Assembly (NCBI GenBank): GCA_945947575.1
Contig: CAMEYM010000014.1
Location: 2,738-66,737 of the forward strand
Source of the DNA: Rhizobium sp. Q54
GTDB lineage: Bacteria; Pseudomonadota; Alphaproteobacteria; UBA2966; CAIVPW01
Direction: 5' to 3'
Length of the DNA: 64,000 nt
Position numbers and translations under genes: made by a program. The first letter of the stretch is position 1. Each line of letters starts with the position of its first letter. Positions 52,301 through 62,151 of this stretch are shown in pieces. The notes beneath the pieces are model-generated. The model did no database searches. It saw only the letters and a program-made list of their open reading frames with translations, and was not told the origin of the DNA.

Positions 52301-52841
52301 CGGCTTCGTGGCGGCGCGCGTGCAGGCCGGTGATGCCGGCCGCTTCCTCGAGGAGGATGCGGCGTTCGGCGGGCTTCGAGTTGATGAGGCCGCTGATCTG
52401 GCCCTGGCTCACCATCGCGGACGAGTGCGCGCCGGTCGCCATGTCGGCGAACAGGGTCAGCACGTCGCGCTGGCGCACTTCGTTGCCGTTGATGGAGTAG
52501 GCCGAGCCCATCTCGCGCTCGATGCGGCGCACGACTTCGATCTCGTCGCGGTCGTTGTACTGGGCGGGCGCGCTGCGGTCGGCGTTGTCGAGCAGCAGGG
52601 CGACCTCGGCGACGTTGCGCGCCGGCCGGTTGGCCGAGCCCGCGAAGATCACGTCGTCCATGCCGTCGCCGCGCATGCGCTTCGGCGAGTTCTCGCCCAT
52701 CACCCAGCGCAGGGCTTCGACCAGATTGGATTTGCCGCAGCCGTTGGGACCGACGATCCCGGTCAGACCCGGCTCAACGACCAGGTCGGTGGGCTCTACG
52801 AAAGACTTGAAACCAGACAGTCTCAGACGATTGAAGAGCAC
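49389..52841 (-). CDS. smc: chromosome segregation protein SMC
   Basis: 1150 aa with an N-terminal Walker A (GPNGCGKSN), long coiled coils, a hinge, and a C-terminal signature [13 protein letters not shown] with Walker B. Confidence 0.95.
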   Translation of the reverse strand: MLFNRLRLSGFKSFVEPTDLVVEPGLTGIVGPNGCGKSNLVEALRWVMGENSPKRMRGDGMDDVIFAGSANRPARNVAEVALLLDNADRSAPAQYNDRDEIEVVRRIEREMGSAYSINGNEVRQRDVLTLFADMATGAHSSAMVSQGQISGLINSKPAERRILLEEAAGITGLHARRHEAELRLKAAETNLERLADIMAGHETNLRSLKRQAGQARKYARLSAQIRTFEAQLLLRQWTDAVAELEAAQTALREAEGVVAETAEAAARASTAQVDAAERVPPLRQAEAERAAALQRLRLERDAIDAEEARARADAERLTARVVQTDADIEREEAMGTDAAQHISGIDRESEELNAAKAQEADGIAAAEALRSETRDALQAADRTADALAENLTQSETRRASLSAAAEGAEGRLTDLVRRAAEVTEERARMGEVAPPDQSAEDQVPEIVAARGTLADVTAALAAAEAKRAETGEQLTTKRDTLHEIEARHRRLSVESIALNDVLSANQDDLFRPILDAVTVTPGFEAALAAALGDDLQASGDTAAPAHWLQIDRLAPGLPEGVEPLSQYVTGPAAVALRLSQIGVVTAETGAELRTQLAQGQRLVSREGALWRWDGFTSAPDAGTRAAVRLKQRNRLAELKVDVATAKDELDTARAAFDIAKADAQSAAAAETAARADMRTAEAALSAAREAFAAAVREAVARSQRAAALAEQAQTLANEIETLGRRAQAAREGLATLPDAAALRAEITAARQKLDEARTAHNEAERTAARLKQEAEMRARRLAALLQERGGWQARATAAEAQLEKLANRRTADESELKVLEAKPVELAERRNVLLEHTAVAEAERNAAADALAQAETALAACDRDEKRANEAASTAREERVRAEGRSEAASERKTDVHRRMASQLQCGPDEAHTVAGIEPGAPLPPADEVDATVERLKREREQMGPVNLRAEQEATELEAELTRLTTERDDLVGAINKLRAGIGALNREGRERMQAAFVAVDRHFRELFGRLFGGGEAYLKLVDSEDVLEAGLEIMASPPGKRLQTLTLLSGGEQALTAVALRFAVFLTNPTPVCVMDEVDAPLDDANVGRFCDLVAELSRTVGTRFLMITHHPLTMARMDRLFGVTMFERGISQLVSVDLQKAEQLREAV

Positions 52842-52879
52842 TGTGCCTGCCTATGCTGTGCCGATCAGAGCCCGCCTAC

Positions 52880-53647
52880 CTAGGCGGCCTGGCGCCGGCG
52901 CATGAAGAAGAAACCAACCGCGGCGATGATCGCCGCAACGAGACCAAGAACGATGTACGTGGTGGTGTTGGACGCTGCCGCCTCCGTGCTGCTGCTCGCG
53001 GCGCCGCGCGCCCCGCGTACCGGGCGGCCGGCCATGACGTCCTCGATGGCCTGGCGGAACTGCTCGTAGGGCAGGGCGCCCTCGACGATCTGGTCGCCGA
53101 TAATGAATGTGGGTGTGCTTTGCACGCCAAACTGTTGATCGCCGGTCAGGCGCACCTGGATGATCTGGTTGGTGAGGTTGCGGTCGTTCAGGCAGGCCTG
53201 GAACTGGTCCGCCGACACGCCGCCGATCTGGCCGATCTGCGTCAGCCGCCCGACCACGTCGGTCGCCGCCGCCCACGCCGCCTGCTGCTTGAACATCGTC
53301 TCGACGAACGGGAAGAAGCGTTGCGGGCCCGAGCAGCGCGCCAGGATGGCGCCGTACACCGCCGGCTGGTTGAGCGGATACTCGCGGAAGATGAGCTTCA
53401 CCTTGCCGGTGTCGATGTACTCGCTCTTGATGCGCGCCAGCGTCGTGTTGTGGAACTCGGCGCAGTGCGGGCACGACATCGAGGCGTACTCGATGATGGT
53501 GACCGGCGCCTGCGGGTTGCCCAGGACCATGTCCGGCAAGGCAGGCAGGGCCGGCGCGGCCTGCTGCTGGGCGGCGCTGGGGCCGCCAAACGCGACGACG
53601 GCCGCCAAAAAAACCGCCCCGAGCAATGCTTTAGATTGGGTCCACAT
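52880..53647 (-). CDS. DsbA family thiol:disulfide oxidoreductase
   Basis: Signal peptide/anchor followed by a thioredoxin fold with active site SMSCPHCAEF. Confidence 0.85.
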   Translation of the reverse strand: MWTQSKALLGAVFLAAVVAFGGPSAAQQQAAPALPALPDMVLGNPQAPVTIIEYASMSCPHCAEFHNTTLARIKSEYIDTGKVKLIFREYPLNQPAVYGAILARCSGPQRFFPFVETMFKQQAAWAAATDVVGRLTQIGQIGGVSADQFQACLNDRNLTNQIIQVRLTGDQQFGVQSTPTFIIGDQIVEGALPYEQFRQAIEDVMAGRPVRGARGAASSSTEAAASNTTTYIVLGLVAAIIAAVGFFFMRRRQAA

Positions 53648-53728
53648 AGGGCTCTAACCACTAGATATGGTGCCAGTGTAGCGAGTCGTTCCGGCGATAG
53701 GGAGTCGATTCAGAGCGCGCCGGAGGTG

Positions 53729-54298
53729 TCAGCCGCCCTTGTCAGGCTTGCCTTTTTGGCCCGTAGCCACCTGGGGTTTTTGCGCCGCGGCGACGTGCCG
53801 TCCCAGTGCCCTCAACCTGTCGCGCAACGCCTCGTCGTCAAGGCGCGCGACGGCCGTCTCGATGGCCTCCGTCTCGGTCGCGCTCAAGGCACGTGGCGGC
53901 GGACGTTTCAATGTCTTGGCCCTGGGCGGCATCGGCGCCTGGTGCAGAGACAGGCGCACCACGGCCGGATAGCCGAAGAACCCATTGATGCGCTCGATGA
54001 CGAGCGGCGCCAGGTGCTGCAGCTCGAGCGCCAGCACGCCGCTGGCGCGCACGTGCAGCGTGCCGCCGCCGGCGCCGGCGTTGGCCGCGCGCGCCTCATC
54101 GGTGACACGCGGAAAGATCAGCCGCTCCGGCGCGCTCTGTGCGGCAAGCTCGGGCCCGACGATCTCGCTCCAGCGCGACAGGATCGCCGCCTGCGCAAAT
54201 CCGCGCCGGCGCATGGCGGGCGTCGCTGCCTTGGGCAGCGCAGCCGCCAGCGTATTCATGCCGCCGCGGCGGGGAGGTTCGGACATTTGCTGGAGCAT
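53729..54298 (-). CDS. DUF721/DciA-like protein
   Basis: About 189 aa; LSRWSEIVGPELAAQSAPERL...GGTLHVRASGVLALELQHLAPLVIERINGFFGYPAVVRLSL resembles DUF721 (DciA helicase-loader family) from memory. The start among three in-frame Met codons is unresolved, and the upstream part of the track ORF is not coding. Confidence 0.5.
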   Translation of the reverse strand: MLQQMSEPPRRGGMNTLAAALPKAATPAMRRRGFAQAAILSRWSEIVGPELAAQSAPERLIFPRVTDEARAANAGAGGGTLHVRASGVLALELQHLAPLVIERINGFFGYPAVVRLSLHQAPMPPRAKTLKRPPPRALSATETEAIETAVARLDDEALRDRLRALGRHVAAAQKPQVATGQKGKPDKGG

Positions 54299-54320
54299 GG
54301 CGTGATTCGCCCCGCGCGTC

Positions 54321-55481
54321 ATGTGTCCAGCGGCGCGCATGGTACGGTCTGGTATGCCCAACCTCGTGGCGGATCTGCTGGCCTGGTACGACCGCCATGC
54401 GCGGCGCTTGCCCTGGCGGGTCGCGCCTCGGCGCGAGCACGCCGAAGGCATGACGCGGGTCGCGCCTCGGCGCGAGCACGCCGAAGGCGTGACGCGTGCG
54501 CTGCCGGGCGAGCCGGTAGACCCGTACCGCGTCTGGCTGTCCGAGATCATGCTGCAGCAGACGCGCGTCGCGGCCGTCATTCCGTACTTCGAGAAGTTCG
54601 TCGCGCGCTGGCCGAGCGTCCATGACCTTGCCCGCGCACCGCAGGAAGACGTCATGGCCGCGTGGGCTGGCCTTGGCTACTACGCGCGCGCCCGCAACCT
54701 GCATCGTTGCGCCCAGATGGTGAGCGCGACGCTCGGCGGCGTCTTCCCGGACACCGAGGCTGGACTGGCCGAGCTGCCCGGCGTGGGCGGATACACCGCG
54801 GCCGCGATTGCCTCGATCGCCTTCGATCGCTCCGCTGCGGCGGTCGATGGGAACGTCGAGCGGGTGATGGCGCGCCTCTACGGCATCGCCGAGCCCTTGC
54901 CCAAGTCGAAGAATCAGCTGCGCGCGCTGGCAAGGGCGCTCGTTCCGGACGCGCGTCCCGGCGACTACGCCCAGGCCGTGATGGACCTCGGCGCCACCGT
55001 CTGCACGCCGGCCAAGCCGGTGTGCGGGCTCTGTCCTTGGAATGCCGCGTGCATCGCGCACCACGACGGCGATCCCGAATCGCTACCGGCCCGCGCCGCC
55101 AAGAAGGAGCGCCCGACCCGCCACGGGGTCGCGTTCTGGCTGGAGCGCGCCAGCGACGGCGCCGTGCTGCTCCGCCGCCGCCCGCAGGAGGGTTTGCTCG
55201 GCGGCATGGTGGAGGTGCCGGGCACGCCGTGGCGCGATACGCCCTGGTCGCGCGATGAGGCGCTCGAGCACGCGCCGGTCGCCGGAGAGTGGCGGCCCGT
55301 GCGCGGCGACGTGCGTCACACCTTCACGCACTTCCATCTCACGCTGTCGGTGGTCGCGGCGCGGACCGCCGACGACATCGATGGTCAGTGGTGCGCGCGC
55401 CAGGACATCGCGGAGGCCGGGCTACCCAGCCTCATGCGCAAGGTCGCCAAACACGCCATCAAGGCGCGCCAGGACGCTTGA
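54321..55481 (+). CDS. mutY: A/G-specific adenine DNA glycosylase
   Basis: HhH-GPD domain, 4Fe-4S cluster cysteines (CTPAKPVCGLCPWNAAC) and a C-terminal NUDIX-like domain. It contains an in-frame 13-aa tandem duplication (see findings). Confidence 0.9.
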   Translation: MCPAARMVRSGMPNLVADLLAWYDRHARRLPWRVAPRREHAEGMTRVAPRREHAEGVTRALPGEPVDPYRVWLSEIMLQQTRVAAVIPYFEKFVARWPSVHDLARAPQEDVMAAWAGLGYYARARNLHRCAQMVSATLGGVFPDTEAGLAELPGVGGYTAAAIASIAFDRSAAAVDGNVERVMARLYGIAEPLPKSKNQLRALARALVPDARPGDYAQAVMDLGATVCTPAKPVCGLCPWNAACIAHHDGDPESLPARAAKKERPTRHGVAFWLERASDGAVLLRRRPQEGLLGGMVEVPGTPWRDTPWSRDEALEHAPVAGEWRPVRGDVRHTFTHFHLTLSVVAARTADDIDGQWCARQDIAEAGLPSLMRKVAKHAIKARQDA

Positions 55482-55621
55482 CACGTTACGTGTCGTATGA
55501 TACTTTAGGTATCAGGCGCTCGCGAAGGTGAGGAAGGGGTCGCGGAGCGGGTCCTTGAGTCGAGGCGGCCCCATAGATGACCGTAATTGCCCGTAGTGAC
55601 CGTACTTGTTCTGAGAATCGC

Positions 55622-56798
<1,177 letters not shown>

Positions 56799-56800
<2 letters not shown>

Positions 56801-57413
56801 AGGTTCCGGTCCGCCTACCGCCTGTATCCTCGAAGGGCAGCTCCGGCTGCAGCGTGCCTTCGAGAGCCATGCGTACCGCTGCGAAGGTGCGGCGATGATG
56901 TGCGGTCACGCCCAGCCGCACGATGGCTTGGCGGTGGTCGGCGGTGGCGTAGCCGCGGTTATGCTCCCAGCCGTAGCCCGGATACGAGTCGGCCAGCGCA
57001 TCCATGATGCGGTCGCGCACGACCTTGGCGACGATCGACGCCGCCGCGATCGAGCGCGAGATCGCATCGCCATCCACGACGGTGCGGGCAGGGCAGGGCA
57101 GCTCATCCGGCATCTGGTTGCCGTCGATGAGCGCGAAGCGCGGCGCGATCGGCATCGCCAGCACGGCGCGTCGCATGGCGACGAGCGACGCTTCCAGGAT
57201 GTTGATCTGCTCGATCTCGGCGACGCTTGCTACGCCCACGCCGACAATGGCGCACTGCTCGATACGCTGGAACAGCCGCTCGCGCTCCGCGGCGCTCACG
57301 ATCTTGCTGTCGTCGATGCCGCGCGGCACGCCGCGCAGCGGCAGGATGACGGCCGCGGCAACCACGGGCCCGGCGAGCGGCCCGCGGCCCGCCTCGTCGA
57401 TGCCGGCCACCAT
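56799..57413 (-). CDS. rnhB: ribonuclease HII
   Basis: 204 aa with MVAGIDEAGRGPLAGPVVAAAVIL and the DDSK motif. Confidence 0.9.
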
Positions 57414-57509
57414 GCAGCCGGACTCACGTTCCAGAGCGAGGCCAGGAATGTGCGTCTCTCCCCTCGCGCCTATCTAAGCGCGTATCTCCCCCCGGCGCGA
57501 GAGCCGCGA

Positions 57510-58010
57510 CTACGGTCGCGGTCGCGGCTGCTGTGCCGTGGCGCGTTCGACCATGACCTCGACGGTTACCTCGCCGATCTCGCGAAAGATCAGGGTCAGC
57601 GGAAAGGTGCGACCCTCGGTGAGCACCGCGCCCAACTCCGTCAGCATGACGTGCATCTCCTGCGGCTCGAGCTTGAGCGTCTCGCGCGGCTGGATCTCGA
57701 CCTCGTTGATGCGCAACATCCGGGCGATGCCGCCATCGACCAGGGTGTGATGCAGGGTGCTTTCGCGCGCGACATCCGTGCGCACGCCGGTCAGATGCAG
57801 CGGTGCGCCGGTCTCGTTGACGATGGTCAGGTAGACGCTGTTGCCGATCGGCAGGCGCAGGGTCGCGGGTGTCCACGGGTCGATGACCCGTACGCCCTTG
57901 GCGCTGACCTCATAGCCGAGCGCCGACGCTGCCCCAAGGAACGAGATTCCGAGCAGCGCGGCAAGGGTCACCAGAGCGCGAGTTGCCCGTCGACCGATGG
58001 CGGCGTGAAC
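57510..58010 (-). CDS. copper chaperone PCu(A)C
   Basis: DUF461/PCuAC fold with the H...M...HxM copper motifs (HHTLVDGG...EMHVMLTEL). The start is uncertain (GTG 57971, GTG 58010 or ATG 58061), and all of these overlap the radical SAM gene end by 4-94 nt. Confidence 0.72.
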   Translation of the reverse strand, partial: VHAAIGRRATRALVTLAALLGISFLGAASALGYEVSAKGVRVIDPWTPATLRLPIGNSVYLTIVNETGAPLHLTGVRTDVARESTLHHTLVDGGIARMLRINEVEIQPRETLKLEPQEMHVMLTELGAVLTEGRTFPLTLIFREIGEVTVEVMVERATAQQPRPRP

Positions 58011-59098
58011 AAGCTCGTATCGAGCTTGGCGCGCTCCTTGTTGAAGCCGAGACGCTGACATGCTGTGCGGAAGCGCTGATCTATCATCTCGGCGTACGCC
58101 CCGCTACCGCGCTGACGCGTGTGAAAGCGCGGGTCGTTCTCGCGCCCGTCGCGCGTGTCGCGGATCAGGTTCATCACGTGCGCGGCGCGCCCCGGCGCAT
58201 GCTCGGCGAGCCAATCCTTGAACAGGTCCTTCACCCCGTGTGGCAGCCGCACCAGGGTCTTGCCGGCCGTGCGCGCGCCCGCGTCCCATGCCGCGTCGAG
58301 GATGCGCTCGATCTCGACGTCGTTGAGCCCGGGAATGATCGGCGCCGCCATCACGCCGACCGGTACGCCGGCCTCTGCCAGCACACGGATCGCCTCGATG
58401 CGCTTGGCCGGTGTGGCCGCACGCGGCTCCATGCGCCGCGCGAGCCCGCGATCGAGCGTGGTCACCGACAGGTGCACCTTGGCGAGCCCGCGCTTGGCCA
58501 TGCTGGCAAGGATGTCGACGTCGCGCGTGATCAGGTGTGCCTTGGTGACGATTCCGACCGGATGATTGCACTCCGACAGCACCTCGAGGAGGCGGCGCAT
58601 GAGCCCAAGCTTGCGCTCGACCGGCTGGTACGGATCGGTGTTGGTGCCGATCGCGATGACCTCGCACTTGTAACGAGGGTTGGCGAGCTCGCGCCGCAGC
58701 ACCTGGTCGGCGTCGGGCTTGGCGAACAGCTTCGTCTCGAAGTCGAGGCCCACCGACAGCCCGAAGTACTCATGGGTGGGGCGGGCGAAGCAGTAGATGC
58801 AGCCGTGCTCGCAGCCGCGATAGGGATTGATCGACTGCGAGAAGCCGATGTCCGGCGAGTTGTTGCGGGTGATGACCGACTTGGTCGTGTCCTCGCTCAC
58901 CGTGGTGGCCAGGGCCGGCGGAGTGAACTCGTCCGGTTCTTCGGTCCAGCCGAGGTCGGCGTACTGATGGTTCTGATCGCCGGCGACGCGCGCTCGCGCC
59001 TCGAAGCGCCCCGATGGGTTGCCGGTGGCGCCGCGGCCGCGCCGCCGCTCGGCGTCGAGGGGCTCGAAAGCGTGGAGGGTAGGGGGTCCTTGCGTCAC
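57968..59098 (-). CDS. radical SAM protein (PA0069/SplB-like, COG1533)
   Basis: CEHGCIYC radical SAM cluster motif; 376 aa TIM-barrel-like body. The family name is from memory. Confidence 0.78.
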   Translation of the reverse strand: MTQGPPTLHAFEPLDAERRRGRGATGNPSGRFEARARVAGDQNHQYADLGWTEEPDEFTPPALATTVSEDTTKSVITRNNSPDIGFSQSINPYRGCEHGCIYCFARPTHEYFGLSVGLDFETKLFAKPDADQVLRRELANPRYKCEVIAIGTNTDPYQPVERKLGLMRRLLEVLSECNHPVGIVTKAHLITRDVDILASMAKRGLAKVHLSVTTLDRGLARRMEPRAATPAKRIEAIRVLAEAGVPVGVMAAPIIPGLNDVEIERILDAAWDAGARTAGKTLVRLPHGVKDLFKDWLAEHAPGRAAHVMNLIRDTRDGRENDPRFHTRQRGSGAYAEMIDQRFRTACQRLGFNKERAKLDTSLFTPPSVDGQLALW

Positions 59099-59142
59099 CC
59101 ATCGACCCTAGCGGGCCGATGGGAACGAATCAAGAACGGTGA

Positions 59143-59505
59143 CTACTTCTTCTTCTCGGCGGCCTTTGGCGCGGGCTTGGCGGCTGGCTTCGCGGCAGGG
59201 GCAGAGGCCGCGGGTTTCGCCGCTCCGGCGGGTGCCGCGTTCGGCTTGGCGCCCTTCTCGATGCGCATGGCCGAGAAGAAACGCTCGATGGAGCCGCGCA
59301 TGTACTGGCGCACCTCTTCCTGCTTGGGCTCGTCGATGCCGCGCAGAGTCGCGCGCGACGCCGTCTGCGATGCGCCGTCCTGCAGCACCTTGAGGACCGA
59401 AGCGGGGTCTTGGCTGCCGGCGGCGATGCGCACGATCAACTGGCCGAGGAGAATTCGCAGCGCCAGTACGTCGGCGGCAACCGTCTGCTGTGGTTCGAGG
59501 GCCAT
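59143..59505 (-). CDS. hypothetical protein with a C-terminal Ala/Lys/Pro-rich tail
   Basis: 120 aa: a structured N-terminal ~80 residues, then AKPNAAPAGAAKPAASAPAAKPAAKPAPKAAEKKK. GC3-rich. Confidence 0.5.
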   Translation of the reverse strand: MALEPQQTVAADVLALRILLGQLIVRIAAGSQDPASVLKVLQDGASQTASRATLRGIDEPKQEEVRQYMRGSIERFFSAMRIEKGAKPNAAPAGAAKPAASAPAAKPAAKPAPKAAEKKK

Positions 59506-59545
59506 CGCGGCGCTCCTTATGTGTGAGTCGCAGCGCCCCCCGGCG

Positions 59546-60085
59546 CTACGTCGGCTTGCCTTCGTTCAGGCGCGGGATCAACTCGACGAAGTTGCACGGC
59601 CGGTGCCGCGCGTCGAGCTGGTAGCGCAAGATGTCGTCCCACGCATCCTTGCATGCGCCGGGCGATCCCGGAACGGCGAACAGGTACGTGCCCTTGGCGA
59701 CGCCGGCGGTGGCGCGCGACTGCAGCGCCGAGGTGCCGACCTTCTGATACGACAGCATGCGGAACAATTCGCCGAAGCCTTCGACCTTCTTCTCGCAGAC
59801 CTGATCGAACGCCTCGGGCGTCGAGTCGCGCCCAGTCACGCCGGTGCCGCCAGTGGTGATGATCACATCGACCATCGGGTCGCCGATCAACTCGTTGAGC
59901 AGGGAGACGATGCCCTGCACGTCGTCCTTGATGATGTGACGGCGTGCCAGGGCGTGACCGGCTTGGGTCAGGCGATCGACGAGGACTTGTCCGGAGGTGT
60001 CGGTCTCGAGCGTCCGCGTGTCGGACATCGTGACGATGGCGATACGAACCGCGATGAACTTTCGCGACTCGTCAATTCCGGCCAT
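59546..60085 (-). CDS. moaB: molybdenum cofactor biosynthesis protein B (MoaB/MogA family)
   Basis: 179 aa with TTGGTGVTGRD and GxG motifs. Confidence 0.85.
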   Translation of the reverse strand: MAGIDESRKFIAVRIAIVTMSDTRTLETDTSGQVLVDRLTQAGHALARRHIIKDDVQGIVSLLNELIGDPMVDVIITTGGTGVTGRDSTPEAFDQVCEKKVEGFGELFRMLSYQKVGTSALQSRATAGVAKGTYLFAVPGSPGACKDAWDDILRYQLDARHRPCNFVELIPRLNEGKPT

Positions 60086-61988
60086 TGGTCGCCGCCGTGC
60101 GCACGGACTCCATGGGCTCGTAGATGGGCCAGTAGCCGGCCGCGAGCTCGTTCAGGGACGGCGAGTCCTGGCCCAGGCGCGCGCGATAGATCCAGTAGTT
60201 GGCCAGCACGCGTTCGGTGAACTCGCGCGTCTCAGTCACCGGGATCTTCTCGATGAACAGCAGCGGATCGGTGAGCGGCCCCATCGCCTTCAACCACTTG
60301 CTGAGGTTGCCGGGGCCGCCATTGTACGCCGCCACGGCCAGCATGAGATTGCCGCGCACGTCGCCGGATTCCAACAGGTAGGTGACGTAGCGTTGGCCGA
60401 GCGCCAGGTTGAGGTCGGGCTCGAACAGCTTGGCGCGGTTGGCCGTGCGCAGGCTGCGGTCGTTGGCGATGAAGCCCGCCGTGCCCGGCATCAGCTGCAT
60501 CAGGCCCTGGGCGCCATCGACGCTCTTGGCGCGCGTGTTGAAGGCCGACTCCTGGCGCACCAGCGCCAGCACCAGCGCCGGGTCGACCGCGAAGCCGTTC
60601 CACTGCGGCACCGGGTAGAGCGAGCCCGTGTAGGACATGCCGGTGCGCGTCAGCAGGTCGCGGCCGATGCGCAGCTCGGCGGCGGCCATGCGGAACTCGG
60701 CCGCGACGGCGAGCAGCGGCTCGGCGATCCGCAATCCGGCGCTGTCGTAGAGCGCGCGCATCTCGCGGTCGGCGGCGTAGTCGTTGCCGACCTGGGCAAG
60801 GGCGATGGCGCGCCGGATGGACGGCAGCTTGAGCATCGCCTGCATGTCGCTCGTGCTGATGGCCGGCGTCTCCCACTCGAAGGCGACCGACTGACCCAGT
60901 TGGCGCGCCGCCAGCACCCCATAGAGCGAATGCGACTCCGCTGCCGCCTGCTCGAGCCAGGGATTGACCGCCTGCGGATGGCGGGTGGCGAGGTTGGCGC
61001 GCGCCACCCAGTAGGCGGCGGCGGCGCGATCGCGTCCGTCGAGACCCCTCGACTGCGCGGCGACCTCGAAGTGCGTGCGCGCCTTCTCGTACTGGCCCAG
61101 CTCCCAGGCGGCGAGGCCGGCAATCCAGTCGGCGCGCGGCGCCCAACGGCGATTGCGATTGGCGGATTCCTCGGCGAGCTTGAGCGCCATCGCCGGATTG
61201 CGGTTGTAGAAGAAGCCGGCGGCGATCTCGGCCTGCAGGATGTCGCGCTCGGTAGCGTCCATCACGCCGGTGATGGTGACGCCCTTGAGCAGGTTGTCGT
61301 GGGCGCCCTTGATGTCGCCGCGCCGAATCTGGTCGCGGACCTGGGCCAGAGCCGTGCGCACGCGCGCCGCGTTGGCCGCCGAGCGATTGGCGGGCTGATA
61401 GCGCGGGGCGACGAATGGCGCCGAGGTCGCCGTGGCGGGCGCGCCGATGTTGACGCCGTCCAAGGTCGGGCGCGCCGGCGCTTTGGGCGCCGCGCTGCCG
61501 CCGGGACGCCGGCTTACCGCCAGGTCATAGACGCGCTGCGCATCCGGATGGTCGGCATAAAGGTCCAGCCAGCCCTTGAGCTCGGCATAAGTCGAGCGGT
61601 AGGCGGTGGGGTGCATGTAGCGTTGGAACTGCACATGCCCCATCAAGAGCTTGTTCTTGATGAGGGCGATCTCGCGGTCGGCCTCACGCCACAGGCCTTG
61701 TTCCTGCAGCGCGAACGCGCGGCGATAGGAGGCAACGTCGGCGGGCGAGAGCTCGCTGGTAGCAGGGGGCAGATCGGCGGCACGCACGGGCGCGGCAGCA
61801 ACCGCCAGCAGCGCCACGCAAACGAAGGCGGCGCGTAGCCAACGCGGCGCACCAGGCCGTTCAATCCGGACTTCCATAAGCCGCGCCATCCCCTTGGCCG
61901 CCGGCAAACCGCCGCCGGTGGTTACTCGCCTCGGTACCGGAACACGTCGGGCCTCCCGCGCGCGCTCAGGTGCCGGCGAGAAAAGCAC
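60072..61988 (-). CDS. lytic transglycosylase domain protein (Slt family)
   Basis: Signal peptide, superhelical repeat region, and a C-terminal SLT domain (ESAFNTRAKSVDGAQGLMQLMPGTAG). The exact start among the N-terminal Met codons is unresolved. Confidence 0.85.
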   Translation of the reverse strand: MLFSPAPERAREARRVPVPRRVTTGGGLPAAKGMARLMEVRIERPGAPRWLRAAFVCVALLAVAAAPVRAADLPPATSELSPADVASYRRAFALQEQGLWREADREIALIKNKLLMGHVQFQRYMHPTAYRSTYAELKGWLDLYADHPDAQRVYDLAVSRRPGGSAAPKAPARPTLDGVNIGAPATATSAPFVAPRYQPANRSAANAARVRTALAQVRDQIRRGDIKGAHDNLLKGVTITGVMDATERDILQAEIAAGFFYNRNPAMALKLAEESANRNRRWAPRADWIAGLAAWELGQYEKARTHFEVAAQSRGLDGRDRAAAAYWVARANLATRHPQAVNPWLEQAAAESHSLYGVLAARQLGQSVAFEWETPAISTSDMQAMLKLPSIRRAIALAQVGNDYAADREMRALYDSAGLRIAEPLLAVAAEFRMAAAELRIGRDLLTRTGMSYTGSLYPVPQWNGFAVDPALVLALVRQESAFNTRAKSVDGAQGLMQLMPGTAGFIANDRSLRTANRAKLFEPDLNLALGQRYVTYLLESGDVRGNLMLAVAAYNGGPGNLSKWLKAMGPLTDPLLFIEKIPVTETREFTERVLANYWIYRARLGQDSPSLNELAAGYWPIYEPMESVRTAATNGRN

Positions 61989-62151
61989 ACGGCCCAGGTG
62001 GCGGCAAGAACCAAGGAAGCTGCGGGACTCCGGCCAAGCCGCGTCGTTCGCCGTGCGCGACTAGGCGCGCCGCATGGTTAATGTGGTCGAACGCGCGGGC
62101 CATTGCAGCCTTCTGATAGGGTTTCGCCGCCGCCGGGGGTGGGGAGCGTCC

